Source of the DNA: Felis catus
Taxonomy: Eukaryota
NCBI RefSeq assembly: GCF_018350175.1
Contig: NC_058368.1
Span: 215,142,001 to 215,206,000, forward strand
Reading direction: 5' to 3'
DNA: 64,000 bases
A model generated the notes under the pieces. That model had not been told where the DNA came from. It did not search any database and saw only the letters and a program-made list of their open reading frames with translations. Both the position numbers and the translations under genes were made by a program. Each line of letters starts with the position of its first letter. The first letter of the stretch is position 1. This document shows, piece after piece, positions 62,522 to 64,000 of the stretch.

Positions 62522-62606
62522 AAAATACCATACAAGTGTAAAGCTCTTAAATAATCTATTTATTTTCAGTTTTAATGAAAAACAAATACAATTTAAAAAC
62601 AGTTGA

Positions 62607-62801
62607 GGGGCGCCTGGGTGACTCAGTAGGCTGAGCATCCAACTTTGGCTCAGATCATGATCTCATGGTTTGGTTTGTAAGTGGGAGCCCAGCATCTGGC
62701 TTGCTGGTGTGAGCATAGAGCCCACCTGGGTCCTCTGTCCCCTTCTCTTTCTGCCCTTCCCCTTCTGGCATACTCTTTCTCTCAAAAATAAAAAAGTTAA
62801 C
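62607..62801 (+). mobile_element. Can-SINE
   Basis: TSD aaaa(c/t)agttga at 62596-62606 and 62802-62812. Confidence 0.93.
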
Positions 62802-63399
62802 AAAATAGTTGAAAGAAATTAAAGAAAACCTTAATTAATGGAGAGAGATACTATATACATGCATTTGATGACTTTATATTGCTAAAATACCTACACTTAC
62901 ATATTGACATATAGTTTCAAAGTAATCCCAATTAAATACAATGCACTTTTCTTGTAAAAATTAACAGGCTGATTTTAAAGTTTATATGGAGATGTAATGG
63001 ACCCGGAATAGTGCTTTTCTTCTTGAAAAGCAACAATGTTTCAGGGTGCACATTAGCTGATTTAATTGAATGGTGCAACCTATACCTGATAATGGGATAG
63101 ATCTGATGAGAACAAGCATATAGATTAATTCAGTGGAATAGGGAATGAGGAAACACACTTGTATACTCAGTTAATTTCTGAAAAATGTACCAAAGCAGCT
63201 CAGTGGAAGAAAAAAACATTTTCAACAATCCATCCTGGAAGAAGTAGATACCATAAATAAAAAAATAAATAAACTACCTCACACCATACACAGGGATTGA
63301 ATCCTACATGAAGAAGAAGGTTAACAACCATACATCTGTTGAAGGAGGTGACAAGATGCCTTTGTGTGTCAGTTGGTGGCCAAAATTAAATATGTTTCC

Positions 63400-63600
63400 A
63401 GAAAAAAATGTTGAAATCTAGGTCTTGGGATTATGAAGTCTGAATATCTATTACCATCTGATCAGAACCATATATGAAAGATGTCAGGCAAGAACCATCC
63501 AGCTGAGCACTGTTAACCCACAAGATGATGAGAAATAATAATTTCCTTTTTAGACCAATATTTCCTGCATGCCTTGTTTCTCAATAATAGATAACCAAAA
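63400..63600 (+). mobile_element. Old MLT1 LTR 3' fragment
   Basis: gaaccatccagctgagc...aacccacaagatgatgagaaataata...aatagataacc. Confidence 0.6.
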
Positions 63601-64000
63601 TGGAAGAATCTCACTACAGAGAGAAAACAAACAAAAACAAAAACAAAAACAAAATAAACAAAACAGTTGAACATATGCACAGACATTTAAACATGGCAGG
63701 AGATAATCCATAATAATGGAATTCAGATGGCACAGACAATTTATGACCTCAAGAATGTATTGGCAATAGATAATCCGAAAGAATGCATGCTATGTAACAG
63801 ACCTATGCTAGATAAAATAAATCACAGCTTCTCTGTATTTTACTTGAGAGACTGAATTGTATCCTAATCATAGCTGAGACTTAATGTGAATTATGAACAG
63901 TGCTGGATATACCTTACCTAGAATGCATAATATATGACTTGAAGTGAAATAATATTTAATAAAACCTAGTATTAGTTATATTAACAAGCCAAGGGAGTAA

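Larger units (their letters stand above)
61060..63330 (+). mobile_element. Ancient L1M ORF2 remnant hosting two SINEs
   Basis: ggattctgaaagcctttcacaca; agcaaggcaagaatgttctctttcattg (TRQGCPLS-like); tttatagatgacat (FADD-like); aacaggctgattttaaagtttatatgg; tacctcacaccatacac. Confidence 0.75.

Overview
AT-rich, repeat-dominated mammalian genomic DNA from a felid (cat family). The evidence is 27 tRNA-derived Can-SINEs of the feliform SINEC_Fc type and carnivore-type LINE-1 3' ends, layered over ancient L1M, L2, MIR, MLT1 (MaLR) LTRs, an ERV1-like solo LTR, MER5A- and Tigger-type DNA transposon remnants, and microsatellites. I can recognise no protein-coding gene, RNA gene, CpG island or CRISPR array. 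Most listed ORFs are readings of SINEs, broken L1 ORF2 or simple repeats; the rest resemble no protein I recognise. The window looks intergenic or deep-intronic. I found no evidence for a new biological system. The real interest is retrotransposition and repair forensics: a young SINE carrying a 31-nt 3'-transduced tag, a TSD-bounded 5'-inverted L1, a target site present three times around adjacent SINE and L1 insertions, several fold-back or templated-insertion scars, non-B-DNA tracts, and a few unconfirmed exon-like segments. Family names come from my recall of consensus sequences, not from a search, and boundaries of old elements are approximate.
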